From Callorhinchus milii (lineage: Eukaryota), in contig NW_024704742.1 of NCBI RefSeq assembly GCF_018977255.1, forward strand, positions 108,502,001 to 108,562,000: DNA of 60,000 nt, read 5' to 3'. Positions 37,001 to 49,100 of this stretch are shown piece by piece (positions within the stretch are counted from its first letter, which is position 1; every line of letters starts with the position of its first letter). A program made the position numbers and the translations under genes. The notes beneath the pieces are model-generated. The model did no database searches. It saw nothing but the letters and a program-made list of their open reading frames with translations, and was not told the DNA's origin.

Positions 37001-40000
37001 AAGGCAACTATTTATATTGCCCTGGGATCATGTGGGGGATGAGTATGTGTACATCCAACCCAACTCTATCTCTTTATCTAGTATGTGTACTTTTTATATA
37101 CTGAGATAAGGCAGCTAATTTATAATTATAATAAATAAACAAAATTCCTTGCATTTGATACAGAATATTTCATGTTGGTCGGACGTCGCAAAGGGCTTTA
37201 CAGGATATTCTGTAAAGTGCAGTGATGGTGTATTTTATAGATTGATGACATAATTTGGGGTATTGTCAAGATTACCCATTTGTGACTCGGAGTTGGGTTT
37301 TTGATACTGCGCTCTCCATGCAATGAATTTGTCGGGCTAAGCCTAATACCACTCCATTGAAATAGATGCACAATCAGCATACACAACAGCAATTCCATGT
37401 GAAGCACTTTGTGAGGTTTCATGTTATAGGCATGATTTCAAATGCAAGAATTATCAAATGCATACATAAGGGAGTAAGGAACAGAGGGGCATTGGAGATG
37501 GGAGGGGGATTGGGACAGGTGGAGGCTCACCTGGAGTATATACACTGGCACAGGACAGTTGGTCTGAAAGGCCGGTTTCTGTGATGTAACATTCTATGCT
37601 ATGCAAAACTTTGCTCCTGTTTGCTACTAATAATCAACTAAAGAAGAAATCTTCATGTGGGGGCAGAGAGCATGGTTGACGTACTGAATGAGAAATTCCA
37701 TCTGTGTCACAAAAGAGGAGGATGCAGCCGATGCCACAGTATCGGAGGAGAGAGTAGAAAATTGGATAAGATAAGAATAAACCGAGAGGAGATACTAAAA
37801 AGTTTGTTTTTAGTCTGGACGGGATGCATCCTAGCTTACTGTGGGAAGTAAGGGGGGACATAATGGAGGCTCTGGCCATAATCTTTCAATCCTCCTTGGA
37901 CACCGGGGGCGGTGCCAGAGGACTGGAGGGTTGTTACTCCCCTATACAAAAAGGGGCACAAGAATAAACCTGGGAACTACAGGCCAGTCAGCCTAATGTC
38001 AGTAGTGAGGAAACATCTAGAGACTATAATCCGGGACAAAATAATTTTTCATACAGAAAAATATGGGTTAATAAAATACAGCCAACACAGATTTATTAAA
38101 GGCAAATCATGTCGAACAAATCTGATAGAATTTTTTGATGAAGTAACGGAGAGGATGAGTGAAGGTAACCGTGCCTTCAGCTCCCCTCTCGACTCTCTAC
38201 CCCCTCCTCGCTCCCTCCCTTCACTCACACTGACCATTTCCTGCTGCTCGGGTCCCGACCCAACTGTCCAGCGCCTTGGCACGTCCTCCCGACGTGAAAG
38301 GCGCTTTATAAATGCAATCTTGTTGTTGTGATAATAATAATCCTTGCATTTGATATAGCACTTTTCACATCATCTAGATGTCTTAAAGCACTTCATAGAA
38401 TAGGCTGTAAAGTGAATTGACTGTATATTTGTGGGCGAAATGCGGCAGCTAATTGCGCACAGCAGTGTCCCCCAAACAGTCGTAGATTGAAATGACCAAT
38501 TTATTATTGTTTTTTTTTAAGGGATTATTATCAGGCGTGTGGAGTAAGGAAACTTGCTCAAGGTTTCGCCCTGACGGGAATCGAATCCAGGTCTCTCACT
38601 TGCAAAGTGAGTGCTCTAACCACTGAGCTACAGGACTCCACAAGGTAGTGCAGTTGATGTAGTTTATATGGATTTTCAAAAGGCGTTTGATAAATACCAC
38701 ATAAGAGACTTGTAAGCAAAATAGAAGCCCACGTATTAAAGGGACAGTGGCAGCATGGATACAGGACTGGCTGGGAGACAGAAAGCAGAAAGCACAGAGT
38801 GGTGGTGAACAGGTGCTGACAGCATCAGCATCCAAGGCTGCACTCTCCACCTCTCAAAGGCAGTCAGGAACCTCGGTGTTCTGTTCGACCCTGAGACGTC
38901 CTTTCTTCCTCATATCCGCACCACAACTGGCACTGCCTTCCATCACCTCCGGAACATCGCCAGACTACGGCACTACCTCACCCCTCACGCTGCTGAAACT
39001 CTGGTCCACGCCTTTGTCACCTCAAGGCTGGACTATGGAACTCTCTCCTCGCCGGCCTTCCCGCCACCTCCCTCCACAAGCTGCAGGTCATTCAGAACTC
39101 TGCAGCTCGTGTACTCTCCCGCACCAGACTTCGGGACCACATCACTCCCACCCTCGCTCGCCTCCACTGGCTCCCCATCCCCCAGAGGATCGAATTCAAG
39201 ATCCTCACCCTCACCTACAAGGCCATTCACGGCCTCGCTCCCTCCTACCTCTCCGACCTACTATCGCCCTACTTACCTGCCCATACCCTCCTTTCTTCTG
39301 GCTGCGGACTGCTCTACATCCCCCGCCCTAACTGCCCTACCATCGGTTGGTGGGCCTTCAGCCTCTCAGCCCCGAGGCTCTGGAACTCCATCCCCCAGTG
39401 CCTTCGCCGCCTCCTCCCTTTCCTCCTTCAAGGCCGGTCTCAAGACCTTTCTCTTTGACCGTGCCTTCAGCTTCCCTCTCACTCTCTTCCCCCTCCTCGC
39501 TCCCTCCCTTCCCTCCCCTCACCCTGACCATTTACCCCCTGCTCGGGTCCTGACCCAACTGTCCAGCGCCTTGGGACGTCCTCCCGACGTGAAAGGCGCT
39601 CTATAAATGAAATCTTGTTGTTGTTGTTGTTTTTCTGACTGGAGGGAAGTGTGGAGTAGTGTCCCCCAGGGTTCAGTATTGGGACCACTGCTGTTTTTGA
39701 TCTATAAAAATGAGCTGGACTTGGGTATAGGGAGTACAATTTCCAAGTTTACAGATGATACTAAACTTGGGAAATGTAGTAAACAGTGAGGAGGATAGTA
39801 GCAGACAACAAATAGACATAGACAGACTGTAAAAATGGGCAGACACGTGGCAGATTAAGTTTAATGTGGAGAAATGCGAAGCGATATATTTTGATGGTGC
39901 AATTCTAAAGAGGGTGAAGGAACAGAGAGATCTGGTGGTTCATACAAGTAAATCTGTGAAGGTGGCAGGACAGGTAGATAAAGCTGTTAAAAAAGCATAC

Positions 40001-41218
40001 AGGATACTAGGGTTTATAAATATGGTCATAGAATACAAAAGTCAGGAAGTTATGATGAACCTTTATAAAACACTGGTTAGGCCTCAGCTGGAGTGCAGTG
40101 TTCAGTTCTGAGCACCATACTTTAGAAAGAATGTCAAGACATTGGAGAGAGCGCAAAGGAGATTTACCAGGAATAAGGGACTTCAGTTATGAGGAAGGCT
40201 AGAGAAGCTAGGATACTTCTCCTTGGAGCAGAGAAGGTTAAGAGGAGATTTAATAGAAGTTTTCAAAATTATGAAGGGATTTCATAGGGTGAACAAGGAG
40301 AAACTATTTCCACTGGTGGGTGGGTCGGTAACTTAAGGACACCAATTTAAAATAGTTGTTAAAAGAAACAGAGGGGAGATGAGGAGAAATTTTTTCACAC
40401 AGCGAGTTGTTTGGATCTGGAATTCATTGCCTGAAAGGGTGGTGGAAGCCAATTCGATAACAACTTTTAAGAGAAATAGATAATTATTTGGGGAGGACAC
40501 GCTTGCAGGGCTATCGGGAGAGAGTAGGGGAGTGGGATTGATTTGGATAGCTCTTTTCAAAGAGCCGGCACAGACATGATGGGCTGAATAGTCTCCTTCT
40601 GTGTTGTATAATTCTATGATTCTACAACATTGAGGGAACAGTTTACTCGGGTACCAGAGCAGCATTTATGAGTTAACCACATACAAAACAAATGCTAACT
40701 TACCTTGTTTTGCCATCTTGTGTTTTATAGCTGCTTTTGTAGAAACCATAGAAACCGTCAGACAGATTGGCTGCATAGTTTATGTTAATAATGTACTTCT
40801 CTCCAGCACCCAGAGGCTCAATAGACTGAAGCGCTATTTGCTCGTAAGGTGGAAACTCCAAAACATTCATGGCTTTTTCATGTTGGGCAATTCCATCTTG
40901 TGTTAATGCAATGGTGGCGCTGGTGATTTCCAGGTACTTGCTGTGGAGGACAATGGAGTTGGTGTCTTGTTTGACAGAGACCTCAATCTTGGCTACTCCA
41001 GTGAAACTCAGAGTGGTTAGATTTGGGTGTATCAACAGGTCATAGTGAAGTGGGATGATTCTATTGGGCAACCTCATCTTGTTCCAGGGAAATTTCTGTC
41101 CATTAGAAGCTATAGGAGCATCTCCACTCTCATGGTCATTGGTGCTTAATGCAGAGCTCAGCAAGAACTGCAATAGTATTCCAGCAATCAATAACACCAT
41201 CTCCCTTTTCGATAACAT
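21942..41218 (-). CDS. erap2: ERAP2-like ER aminopeptidase, copy B (complete, 18 coding exons, 2832 nt, 943 aa)
   Basis: Exon sizes 515,139,135,121,155,114,132,132,69,176,80,184,157,185,162,141,82,153 sum to 2832 with consistent phases. GAMEN, HELAH..E and SYEKG are present. Loop [13 protein letters not shown] and [13 protein letters not shown] resemble ERAP2 rather than ERAP1 or LNPEP. Confidence 0.92.
22918..22999 (-). CDS. erap2: copy B exon 17
   Basis: [27 protein letters not shown]; 82 nt. Confidence 0.92.
23396..23695 (+). mobile_element. tRNA-derived SINE (paralogous copy at 47435-47731)
   Basis: A/B boxes and (ATT)n tail; same site in B and C. Confidence 0.85.
23780..23920 (-). CDS. 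erap2: copy B exon 16
   Basis: [20 protein letters not shown]; 141 nt. Confidence 0.92.
24372..24533 (-). CDS. erap2: copy B exon 15
   Basis: [20 protein letters not shown]; 162 nt. Confidence 0.92.
25443..25886 (+). mobile_element. tRNA-derived SINE interrupted by a CR1-type 3' end (~25555-25719)
   Basis: SINE head and tail flank a segment ending ttcttatgttcttatg. Confidence 0.65.
26870..26946 (-). mobile_element. minimal L2 3'-end insertion with TSD
   Basis: TGAGAAA duplicated on both sides; empty site in C at 48871. Confidence 0.8.
27038..27098 (-). pseudogene. tRNA-Leu(TAG)-like 3' fragment
   Basis: Reverse complement tagatttaggctccagtgtcttcggtggtatgggtttcaatcccactactatca resembles the anticodon, variable and T arms of tRNA-Leu; 5' half absent. 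Confidence 0.55.
27128..27516 (+). mobile_element. L2 LINE 3' fragment
   Basis: [20 protein letters not shown]. Confidence 0.75.
27993..28177 (-). CDS. erap2: copy B exon 14
   Basis: [21 protein letters not shown]..; 185 nt. Confidence 0.92.
29006..29162 (-). CDS. erap2: copy B exon 13
   Basis: [12 protein letters not shown]; 157 nt. Confidence 0.92.
29745..29928 (-). CDS. erap2: copy B exon 12
   Basis: [12 protein letters not shown]; 184 nt. Confidence 0.92.
30815..31270. repeat. 26-bp minisatellite, about 17 units
   Basis: Unit AAGATACTATAGAGCACAGATGAACT with variants. Confidence 0.92.
31398..31477 (-). CDS. erap2: copy B exon 11
   Basis: [12 protein letters not shown]; 80 nt. Confidence 0.92.
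31602..31777 (-). CDS. erap2: copy B exon 10
   Basis: [22 protein letters not shown]; 176 nt. Confidence 0.92.
31986..32054 (-). CDS. erap2: copy B exon 9
   Basis: [13 protein letters not shown]; 69 nt. Confidence 0.88.
32680..32811 (-). CDS. erap2: copy B exon 8
   Basis: [12 protein letters not shown]; 132 nt. Confidence 0.92.
33509..33640 (-). CDS. erap2: copy B exon 7
   Basis: [22 protein letters not shown]; 132 nt. Confidence 0.92.
33729..33842 (-). CDS. erap2: copy B exon 6
   Basis: [11 protein letters not shown]; 114 nt. Confidence 0.95.
34057..34362 (-). mobile_element. tRNA-derived SINE, copy B only
   Basis: tagcttagtggttagagcactcgc head; absent at C 56880. Confidence 0.8.
34472..34626 (-). 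CDS. erap2: copy B exon 5 (GAMEN, HEXXH)
   Basis: [27 protein letters not shown]; 155 nt. Confidence 0.95.
34775..35064 (-). mobile_element. 5'-truncated SINE shared by B and C (57450-57745)
   Basis: SINE body and (ATT)n tail; absent in A at ~11400. Confidence 0.8.
35087..35207 (-). CDS. erap2: copy B exon 4
   Basis: [15 protein letters not shown]; 121 nt. Confidence 0.92.
35848..35982 (-). CDS. erap2: copy B exon 3
   Basis: [13 protein letters not shown]; 135 nt. Confidence 0.92.
36102..36431 (+). mobile_element. full-length young tRNA-derived SINE
   Basis: A box TAGCTCAGTGG, B box GTTCAATTCC, L2-like hairpin, (ATT)n tail, TSD AAAACTT, empty site in C at ~58527. Confidence 0.92.
36782..36920 (-). 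CDS. erap2: copy B exon 2
   Basis: [22 protein letters not shown]; 139 nt. Confidence 0.92.
37650..40624 (+). mobile_element. CR1 LINE with nested L2 (38168-38329, 38813-39630) and SINE (38330-38642), copy B only
   Basis: [52 protein letters not shown] tail; interrupted by the named elements. Confidence 0.88.
40704..41218 (-). CDS. erap2: copy B coding exon 1
   Basis: One aa different from copy A exon 1 (YIIN vs YVIN); 515 nt. Confidence 0.92.
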
Positions 41219-42582
41219 TCTCCTCGCAGAGTCCCCTGAAAGAACAACAGGTCAGTAATATTGCATGGTCAGAGACAGTATCATTGAAATGGTAATAGCA
41301 CATTCTGAAACCTATCTACACCTTATTGACATCCAACAGTGTGTGGATGACAATCAGGAGTAATCTGCAAATATAATACATTCTCACATTACTGAACTTC
41401 AAACAACAGAGTTAATTGACATACATAATAATCGCATGGTCCTCACAGGTTATTTTAATGCTGTTAGTTTTGTTATCATGACTGTCTAAATACAAAATGT
41501 TCAGACTCGCAATACATTACTTACATTTCATGCATATTATATTTGAAAACACAATTTTAAAATTGGAAGCTAAGCCACTCCGAAGTCAATCCAGATTTTT
41601 TTCTTCAAAGGATTGCAATGCACTGCCCCCAGCAGACAACAATTATAGAATCAACTGAGAAGTTTGAGGGAAATAGAAAGATAGATGGAAAATAAGGTAT
41701 GTGTGTGTTCAGCCAAGTTCAGTGGTAGTCAGAAGGTTGTGGGCTCAAGCCCTGCATCAGGACTTGAACTCATATAGTCTAAGATGACACTCCAATGTTG
41801 GGGGGTGTTACATTGCCGCAGATGCTATCCTTCGGACGAGGTGTTAAGCCAAGGCCAAGTCTGCCTATTTAGATGGATGTGGAAGATCCCATGGCACTGT
41901 CCGAGAAGAGTTTCTCCCAATGTGCTGTCCAACAATACCCCAAATAAAATGAGTCACTCGTTTCATGGCTTAGTTGTTTGTAGGATATTACTGTGCAAAA
42001 TAGGGCTTCCACTTTTGCCTACAAACACACAGTCACACCATTTTGTGGTAAATGCCGTGAAGTCTTCTTTGGGAAAGCCTTCATTTGGTGCTATACCAAA
42101 TGCAAGGATTATGATGTATTAATAATAATAAGGAATATAGCAAAAATAAAGGAAACAAGAACAAGACAGCTCTGAGTTTGAATACTGATGGATAAACCTT
42201 TTCATTTCAGGACAATAAAAATGAATACAACACCATGTCCTGGATTCATTTCCTGGGAGGGGGGAGAGATCAGTCAGGCTGTTTCTGATCCTGATCCCAG
42301 CCCTTGTGGTGGTTGACCTCCTGTGTGGATCACCATAAAAACTAACTCCATCAATGGATCGGATTGAAATCCGGGTCAGGACGGCAGAGCCCTTACAGAC
42401 CCCGTGTGCAGCTCAGTGGCTGTGAACAGCTCCACATTGGGCTCAGGATCACCTGCTCCTGGGCTGCCCACACCGGCAGTCACTGCACATCGTCGTCTTC
42501 ACTAATTCTCACCGCCGTCCCCACGTTTGCAGTTCATCTTCACTCATTTTCTAAAAGCAGAATAAACACCAGAGATACTCAC

Positions 42583-42636
42583 CAGGTCCGGTCTCCTCCT
42601 CTGCCCTTCCCTCCTCTCAGCTCAGCTCTCGCACAG
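42583..42636 (-). other. putative non-coding exon 0 of copy B (5' boundary uncertain)
   Basis: Paralogous to 17891-17945; acceptor of ATG exon at 41236-41237. Confidence 0.55.
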
Positions 42637-42647
42637 TCACTCTCAAT

Positions 42648-42663
42648 ACTTTCACTTTCATTC
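42648..42663 (-). promoter_or_regulatory. IRF-E/ISRE element, copy B promoter
   Basis: Same motif and spacing as copy A; donor at 42583/42582. Confidence 0.75.
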
Positions 42664-42872
42664 TGGTCTGTGATCAGCGGATACTGCAATCAAACCCACA
42701 TTACACACTCCCCACCACCCACCCTCCCACCCCCACCCTCCCCACCCCACCCACACCCTCCCATCCCCCCTCCCCACACACCCCACACTCCCCATCCCCC
42801 ACACACCCCCACACCCTCCCCATCCCCCACCCACACACACCCCACCCACACCCTCCCCATCCACCACCCACA

Positions 42873-43690
42873 CGATCCTCTGGGGGATGGGGAGCCAGTG
42901 GAGGCGAGCGAGGGTGGGAGTGATGTGGTCCCGAAGCCTGGTGCGGGACAGTACACGAGCTGCAGAGTTCTGAATGACCTGCAGTGTGGAGGGAGGTGGC
43001 GGGAAGGCCGGCGAGGAGAGAGTTCCCATAGTCCAGCCTTGAGGTGATAAAGGCGTGGACCAGAGTTTCAGCAGCGTGAGGGGTGAGGTAGTGCCGTAGT
43101 CTGGCGATGTTCCGGAGGTGATGGAAGGCGGTGCCAGTTGTGGTGCGGATATGAGGAGAAAGGACAGCTCAGGGTCGAACAGAACCCCGAGGTTCCTGAC
43201 TGGCTTTGAGAGGTGGAGAGTGCAGCCTTGGATGCTGATGGTGTCAGCGTCTGAGGTGCGGAGGCGCTGACGTGAGCCAATCAGGAGGGCCTCAGTTTTA
43301 CGCACGTTGAGCTGAAGAAAGTTGTCTCTCGTCCAGGACTCGATGTCGGACAGACAGGCTGTCAGGACATCGGTGGTCATGGAGTTGAGGGCAGAGGAGG
43401 AAAGGTAGAGTTGGGTGTCATCCGCATACATGTGGAAGTTAACCCCATGTCTGCGGATGATGTCACCAGGGGGAGCATATAGAGGGTGAAGAGGAGGGGA
43501 CCGAGGACAGAGCCCTGAGGCACACCGCACGAGACAGTGCGGGGGGTGGAGGAAAAGCCGTTTGTGGAAACAAATGAAGACGGTGGGAGAGGTACGACCT
43601 AAACCACTCAAGGACAGTGCCTTGAAGGTTGAGGTGGGAAGACAAGCGGTGGAGGAGGATAGCGTGGTCAACCGTATCGAATGCTGTATC
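42873..43690 (-). mobile_element. L2 LINE fragment upstream of promoter B (paralogue of 18697-19868, 3' part deleted)
   Basis: Same 5' junction (aatgctgtatcgaatacagcc) as in A. Confidence 0.9.
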
Positions 43691-45989
43691 GAATACAGCC
43701 CCTACACGCATAGATACACATAGCCACACACATTCCTCCACACACACTGACACACACCCCCCTACACACACACACGCCCTTCCACACAAACAGACAGTTA
43801 CGCATACACAGTCACACAGAGCCCCTACACATAGACACACACACACATCAACACACAGACCCTACAGCCACACCATAGATACACACACAGACTCCTCCAC
43901 ACACACTGACACACACTTCCCTACACACACACACACACACACACACGATGCACACACTGACACACAGACACTCCCCTCCAGACACGCACGCGCACACAGT
44001 CAGTCAAACAGACACACACACAGAGCCCCTACACACAGACACACACACAGCCCCTAAACACACATAGACACACGCACACACATACAGCCCCTACACGCAT
44101 AGAGACACAGTCACACACATACATGGACAGCCCCTCCAGACACACACACATATACAGCCCCTACACACATTCACACACAGAGACAGCCCCTATACACAGA
44201 CACACATATAGACAGCCCAAAAACACACAAGATTTTCTAATCATTTTCCATTTTTTAATAAAAAAATCAGAACGTAAAAAAAATCAGAAGTGGGAAAGAA
44301 ATATTTCTGATTTGCAGGTAGAAAATGTGACTGTAAGCAGCAGTTAGATGTGAGATTGAAAGTGTTGTGATCTTTGGCTTTGCACTTTGAAACCTGCAGC
44401 AACTCTCAATTCTCATTGGGAAGCCATCATTTCCTGGTTTGGGCTCCAAGTCCAATGAGTCCACAGAGAAAAACATCAGTGCATTAACCATTGGTGTTTG
44501 ATTTTGAAAACTTTTATCTCTAATCATACACGTTCCAGCGTTAAAGATTCTGCCATCGAGTCTACACTGATGTTAGCTCCTCCACTGCAACCATCTGCTC
44601 TCAATTTTTTTTGGTCAGCCGTTTGTCTGCCACATGCTCAACCCCATCAACATGATCAGCCGGGTTTGACACATGCGGAAACTCAACGCCATGTTTAAGA
44701 ATATCCAATCCAAACTGAGAGTTCCATGCAGCCCACCTATACCTGGCACATGATGGCATTGCTACCATTTTCCTGCATGTAGCTCAGGCACATATCCTTT
44801 CCCATTGAGCGATGGTTCCACCAATTGGAGGTGCGGAGTTTAAACAACAGCTGTTGCTCCTCTCAAGCCAATCGAGGTGGATTTCAGGCACTGGATGTAT
44901 GAACGTGTGTTCACAAACTCAGATTCCAGGTAACGCCTTCCAGCACCTATTGGCCCAAGCCTCAGAGATTCCTCATCAGCTATCTGGTGGGCATCTGTAT
45001 CACATTATTTATTAGAACCGGGGTGGTCCAAACTTTTGGCCTCCAAGGGCCTGATTTCCTATTCCTATTTCCTAAAGGTTCCCAGGCCCATAAACTATAT
45101 TTTTGTGTTTCCCTTCCAGAAACATAACAATATTTACACAACGCCTTTTTCACACTAGAAAGACATCTCAAAGCTCTCGACATTGCCGGCTGGGCAGCTG
45201 AGGGGGTGGGAGCTGATGGAGTTGGGGTGGGGAAGGGAAAGAAAGCCTCATCAAAGAGTTAGGTCTTGAGGTGCCTTGAAAGGGGAGAGAGCGAGTCAGA
45301 GGGACTCCAGGAATGGAGCTCCCATGGGCGAGGGCAAAATGGTGATGGTAGGGCAGACTTGGAGGGGGATGAGGGGGACATGAAACAAGCTGGTGTTTTC
45401 TGAGAAAGGGAATGGCTGGGTCAGGAGGTTGCAGAGGTAGGGTGGTGGTGGGGGGGAAGAATGAAGGACACAGACACACACTCTCTTACAATTACTTTCC
45501 CTCACTTCTCCTCTCCCACACTCTCTCGCGGCAGCCGAGGGAGGCTCCAATCTTCTGTCCTAACAGTGAACCACGGAACGCTTCCCTCCTCCCTCTGCTC
45601 TCCCTCACTTACTTTGTTTCTCTCCTCCTCCTCATGGTCTCTTGATCAATCAATCACTCCCCCCTCTTTCTCTCTCACTCTCTCACGGGCTCTCTTGTAC
45701 ACACTTTTTTCCCTTCTCACACACACTCTCTCTTACAATTACTTTCCCTCACTTCTCCTCTCCCACACTCTCTCCGCCCCCCCCTCCCACTCTCTCTCTC
45801 CCCTCTCACACTCTCTCTCCCCCCTCCCACACTCTCTCTCCCCCCTCCCACACTCTCTCTCCCCCCTCCCACACTCTCTCTCCCTCTCTTTCAATCAGTT
45901 TTGCCAACTCCATTATATTTACCAGTGTTGCAGCCTATACTGCGGGACTCCTGAAATGAAGGGAAATAAGATATTGCTGAGCAGTGGTA

Positions 45990-46142
45990 TTACTGTGGGA
46001 TAGTAATATCCAATAGCCACGATCTGAGGACATCCAGATTCCGCTCCAGCCACCTAATGTTTTTCTGAATGGTTTCCAGGGCAAGCTGGGTACACCTCAG
46101 CTGGGAGCTCTGCTCCTTGATAGATTCAAAGAACATTTTCAC
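45990..46142 (-). CDS. erap2: copy C exon 18 (intact sequence, but out of frame after the exon-17 deletion)
   Basis: Encodes the same peptide as B exon 18 in its original frame. Confidence 0.75.
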   Translation of the reverse strand: MKMFFESIKEQSSQLRCTQLALETIQKNIRWLERNLDVLRSWLLDITIPQ

Positions 46143-49100
46143 CTGAAACAGATGTATGCAGGTAAGGGTTTGGTTTACAGGACATACTTTACAAATATAG
46201 CCTGAATATAATTGAACAATGTTCAATTATATACAACATTGCGGTCATATGTTCAGGTCATATGTTCAGGATGTCTATCTCTGTACTGCCAGTTACTCAG
46301 GCTAGAAAAGAGGAAATACAGGTTAAATGGGTGGCTTTATGTTTGCCCGTATCTCTATGAGGTTCTCTCTGAGTTGTTTTCTCTCAAAATTGATTATTAC
46401 CCAGTGTCAGCATTTATCGTGTTTTTGGTCAGCCGGGTGCCTGAACATGTGAAAAACCATCATCATGTTTAATAGTATCTAAACCTGAGAGGGAGCCCAC
46501 ATATGTATACCAACTACATCTGTAAATGTCCATGTCTGGAATGGAATGTTAAGTCTCTCCCAGAGGGACCCACCCACCTTGCATACCTGATTCCAGATTG
46601 TACTAGACACAAGTCACAAGTTTGCGAAAGCCATGGCTTGGGAACCTATAGTGTACACCGGGGAACTACTGGAGTTTAACAAGCTTAAATTGCATAGTTT
46701 GCCACCAAGAGCATTGTCTGGCAAGCTTCTCCAGCTTGGAAAACTCTACATATTGCAGGGTTAACAGGAGCCAAGTGGGAAGAATACCGGCCTCCCTCAG
46801 CAATCACTTCAAGTTCACGTTTAGCACAGGTTGTACGCAGAGTGCACCTTCCTTTACCTTTAAGCCTCACTTGAGAGTTTTGTACTGAATGTTCTAATAT
46901 TGTCACCAACCATATCTTTGTGCTCTCTCATTCATTGTGTTTATACAATAACAAAAGCCACTAACCTCCTCCAATTCTTCCTGTGAGATGTCGTTCCAAC
47001 CATAAGCCATCTGATAGTGAAGGAGCCAAGCTCAAATCTGTGAAGAATATGGACATTGTTAAACACCCTTCACACTGGCACTTTGCAAAAGAAAAATAAT
47101 GTTCTTGGACAGTTTAGCTTAATTTAGTATTTAGTGCTGTTATGAGTTGCCCGAGGTTCCTGAATGTCAGCTGCTCTTTTTATTAGTATTATATTAATCA
47201 TAGAGATCTATTATGGGAAACAATGAAGGATTCTGTCCAACGCACAAGATCATAAAAAGCCACTCATCTCAACAGATCATATCACAAGAGTATTTCAGTC
47301 TAGTTTCACTATGTGGAGATGAACACAGGTAGGTCACCCAATGCTCCTTCACTGAGCTGTAACTGCTCCCATTGCAATTGTTCTCCACATGACATTGAAA
47401 CATTCAGTGTTGGTGTGTATTGCAATGCAATACAGAGTCCTGTAGCTCAGTGGTTAGAGCACTTGCCTTGCCAGTGAGAGACCTGGGTTTGATTCCCGGC
47501 AGGGTGAAACCTTGGGCAAGTTTCCTTACTCCACACGCCTAATAATAATCACTCAAGAAAAAAAATTGGTCACTTCAATCCATGACTGCTTTGTGGGACA
47601 CTGCTGTTCGCAATTGCCTGCCACGTTTTACCCACAAATATACAGTCAGTTTATTTTACAGTATATTCTGTGAAGCTCTTTGAGACGTCTAGAAGACGTG
47701 AAAAGCGCTATATCAAATGCAAGAATTATTTTTTTTTACTTCGTAAATGTCACTACCTTGTGCTGCTCGGATACTACTGAAGGACACAAGGTCTGAATGA
47801 TTAAAAAGGTACTGACTTCTCAATCAGTTTGTTCCAATTCGTCTTCACAAAATTCCAGGCAAGGAGATGTCCGACTGGGTTTCTGCTCACTGCAGCAACG
47901 ACATGGGCTAGATCCTGCAACTTGATGACATTCCCTTCCATACCAATCTCCAACAACCTGGGGATATCAGAACAGAGAAGAACTGAGCATCAAGCACAAA
48001 ATAAGCCTACGCCAGCCACAAGATGTGCTTCACACACAAGTTGAGTGCAGAAGGCCATGTGACTGACACACTCCTTTGGTGTGATAGCTGCCCTGTTGCT
48101 CTGCTATTCTTTTTTTCTGAAGGAGAATATATTACCTCTTATTTGCAGAGTAACTGGTTTGGTTCAGAAATGTAGTTATACCTATTTTACTTGATCTAAA
48201 GAAATCTATATATTTTTTTAAAAGAAGTGTTTTACAAGCTTGGAACAAGAGATAAATCCATGAAAAGTAAAACAAGCTGTTAGTTGCCTTGTAATCACAA
48301 CCCAACACAATGAATGAAGCTTAACGGGCATGAATAGCCTTTTGGCTTCTCAATGTTTAATGTAAAATAAACTCCTTACTGTGCCAGTTTCTCTGGATCC
48401 CTGGTGGCTGCCAAAGCGTTAACAATCTTAATCTTTTCAGCCCCTGACATGGACTGGATGTACTTCTTCAGGAGGTATTCCCATCCATCAGCCCTCTGGG
48501 CTCCCACAGAATACACGATCTCGAGAACATCTGTTGGCAAACTGTAATACCAAACAGTCAGCTGAATAAATCGGGTATCTTGTATGTGTACATATATATT
48601 TGTTTGTATGTATCTACGCACGTATGTATGTGAGGGTGAGAAGATGGATGAGTGAGTGAATGAATAAGTGAGCGAGTGAGGATGTGAAGAGGCATGTTTG
48701 TGTTCATTAATAAGATATGGAATGGTAATGTAGTATCAGTGAAAAGCTGCTGCTGCTGCCCACTCCTCACATCTGGTTCAGAGCAGCACTAGTGACAGGC
48801 TATTCCCAGGCTTCACTTCCCAACTCTCAGCTTTTGACAAGTGTTGACAGAAGGATTGTCAAAGGAGGCATGAGAAAATAACTTACAAAGAAACCTAAAT
48901 TGGCCTCCACCTATAGCAATCTTCACATTTGACGTGGACATTATACAAGATGAACAAGATGATTAGCTTTCTAAACAAACAAGAAGTTGACCACCCAATG
49001 AACTAACCTGATGGTGCCGTCGGAATTCTTCCACTTATTGAATAAATCTAAAGCCTTTTGGAGGCAGGGAGGGTACTGCAGGTCACAGGCCATCTCCAGG

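Noticed and set aside
21942..41218. ERAP1 or LNPEP/IRAP assignment
   Set aside because: Some ERAP1-like motifs exist ([13 protein letters not shown]), but the FTSGG loop, the 176-nt EDP exon and [13 protein letters not shown] match ERAP2, and there is no long cytosolic IRAP N-terminus. A phylogeny would be decisive.
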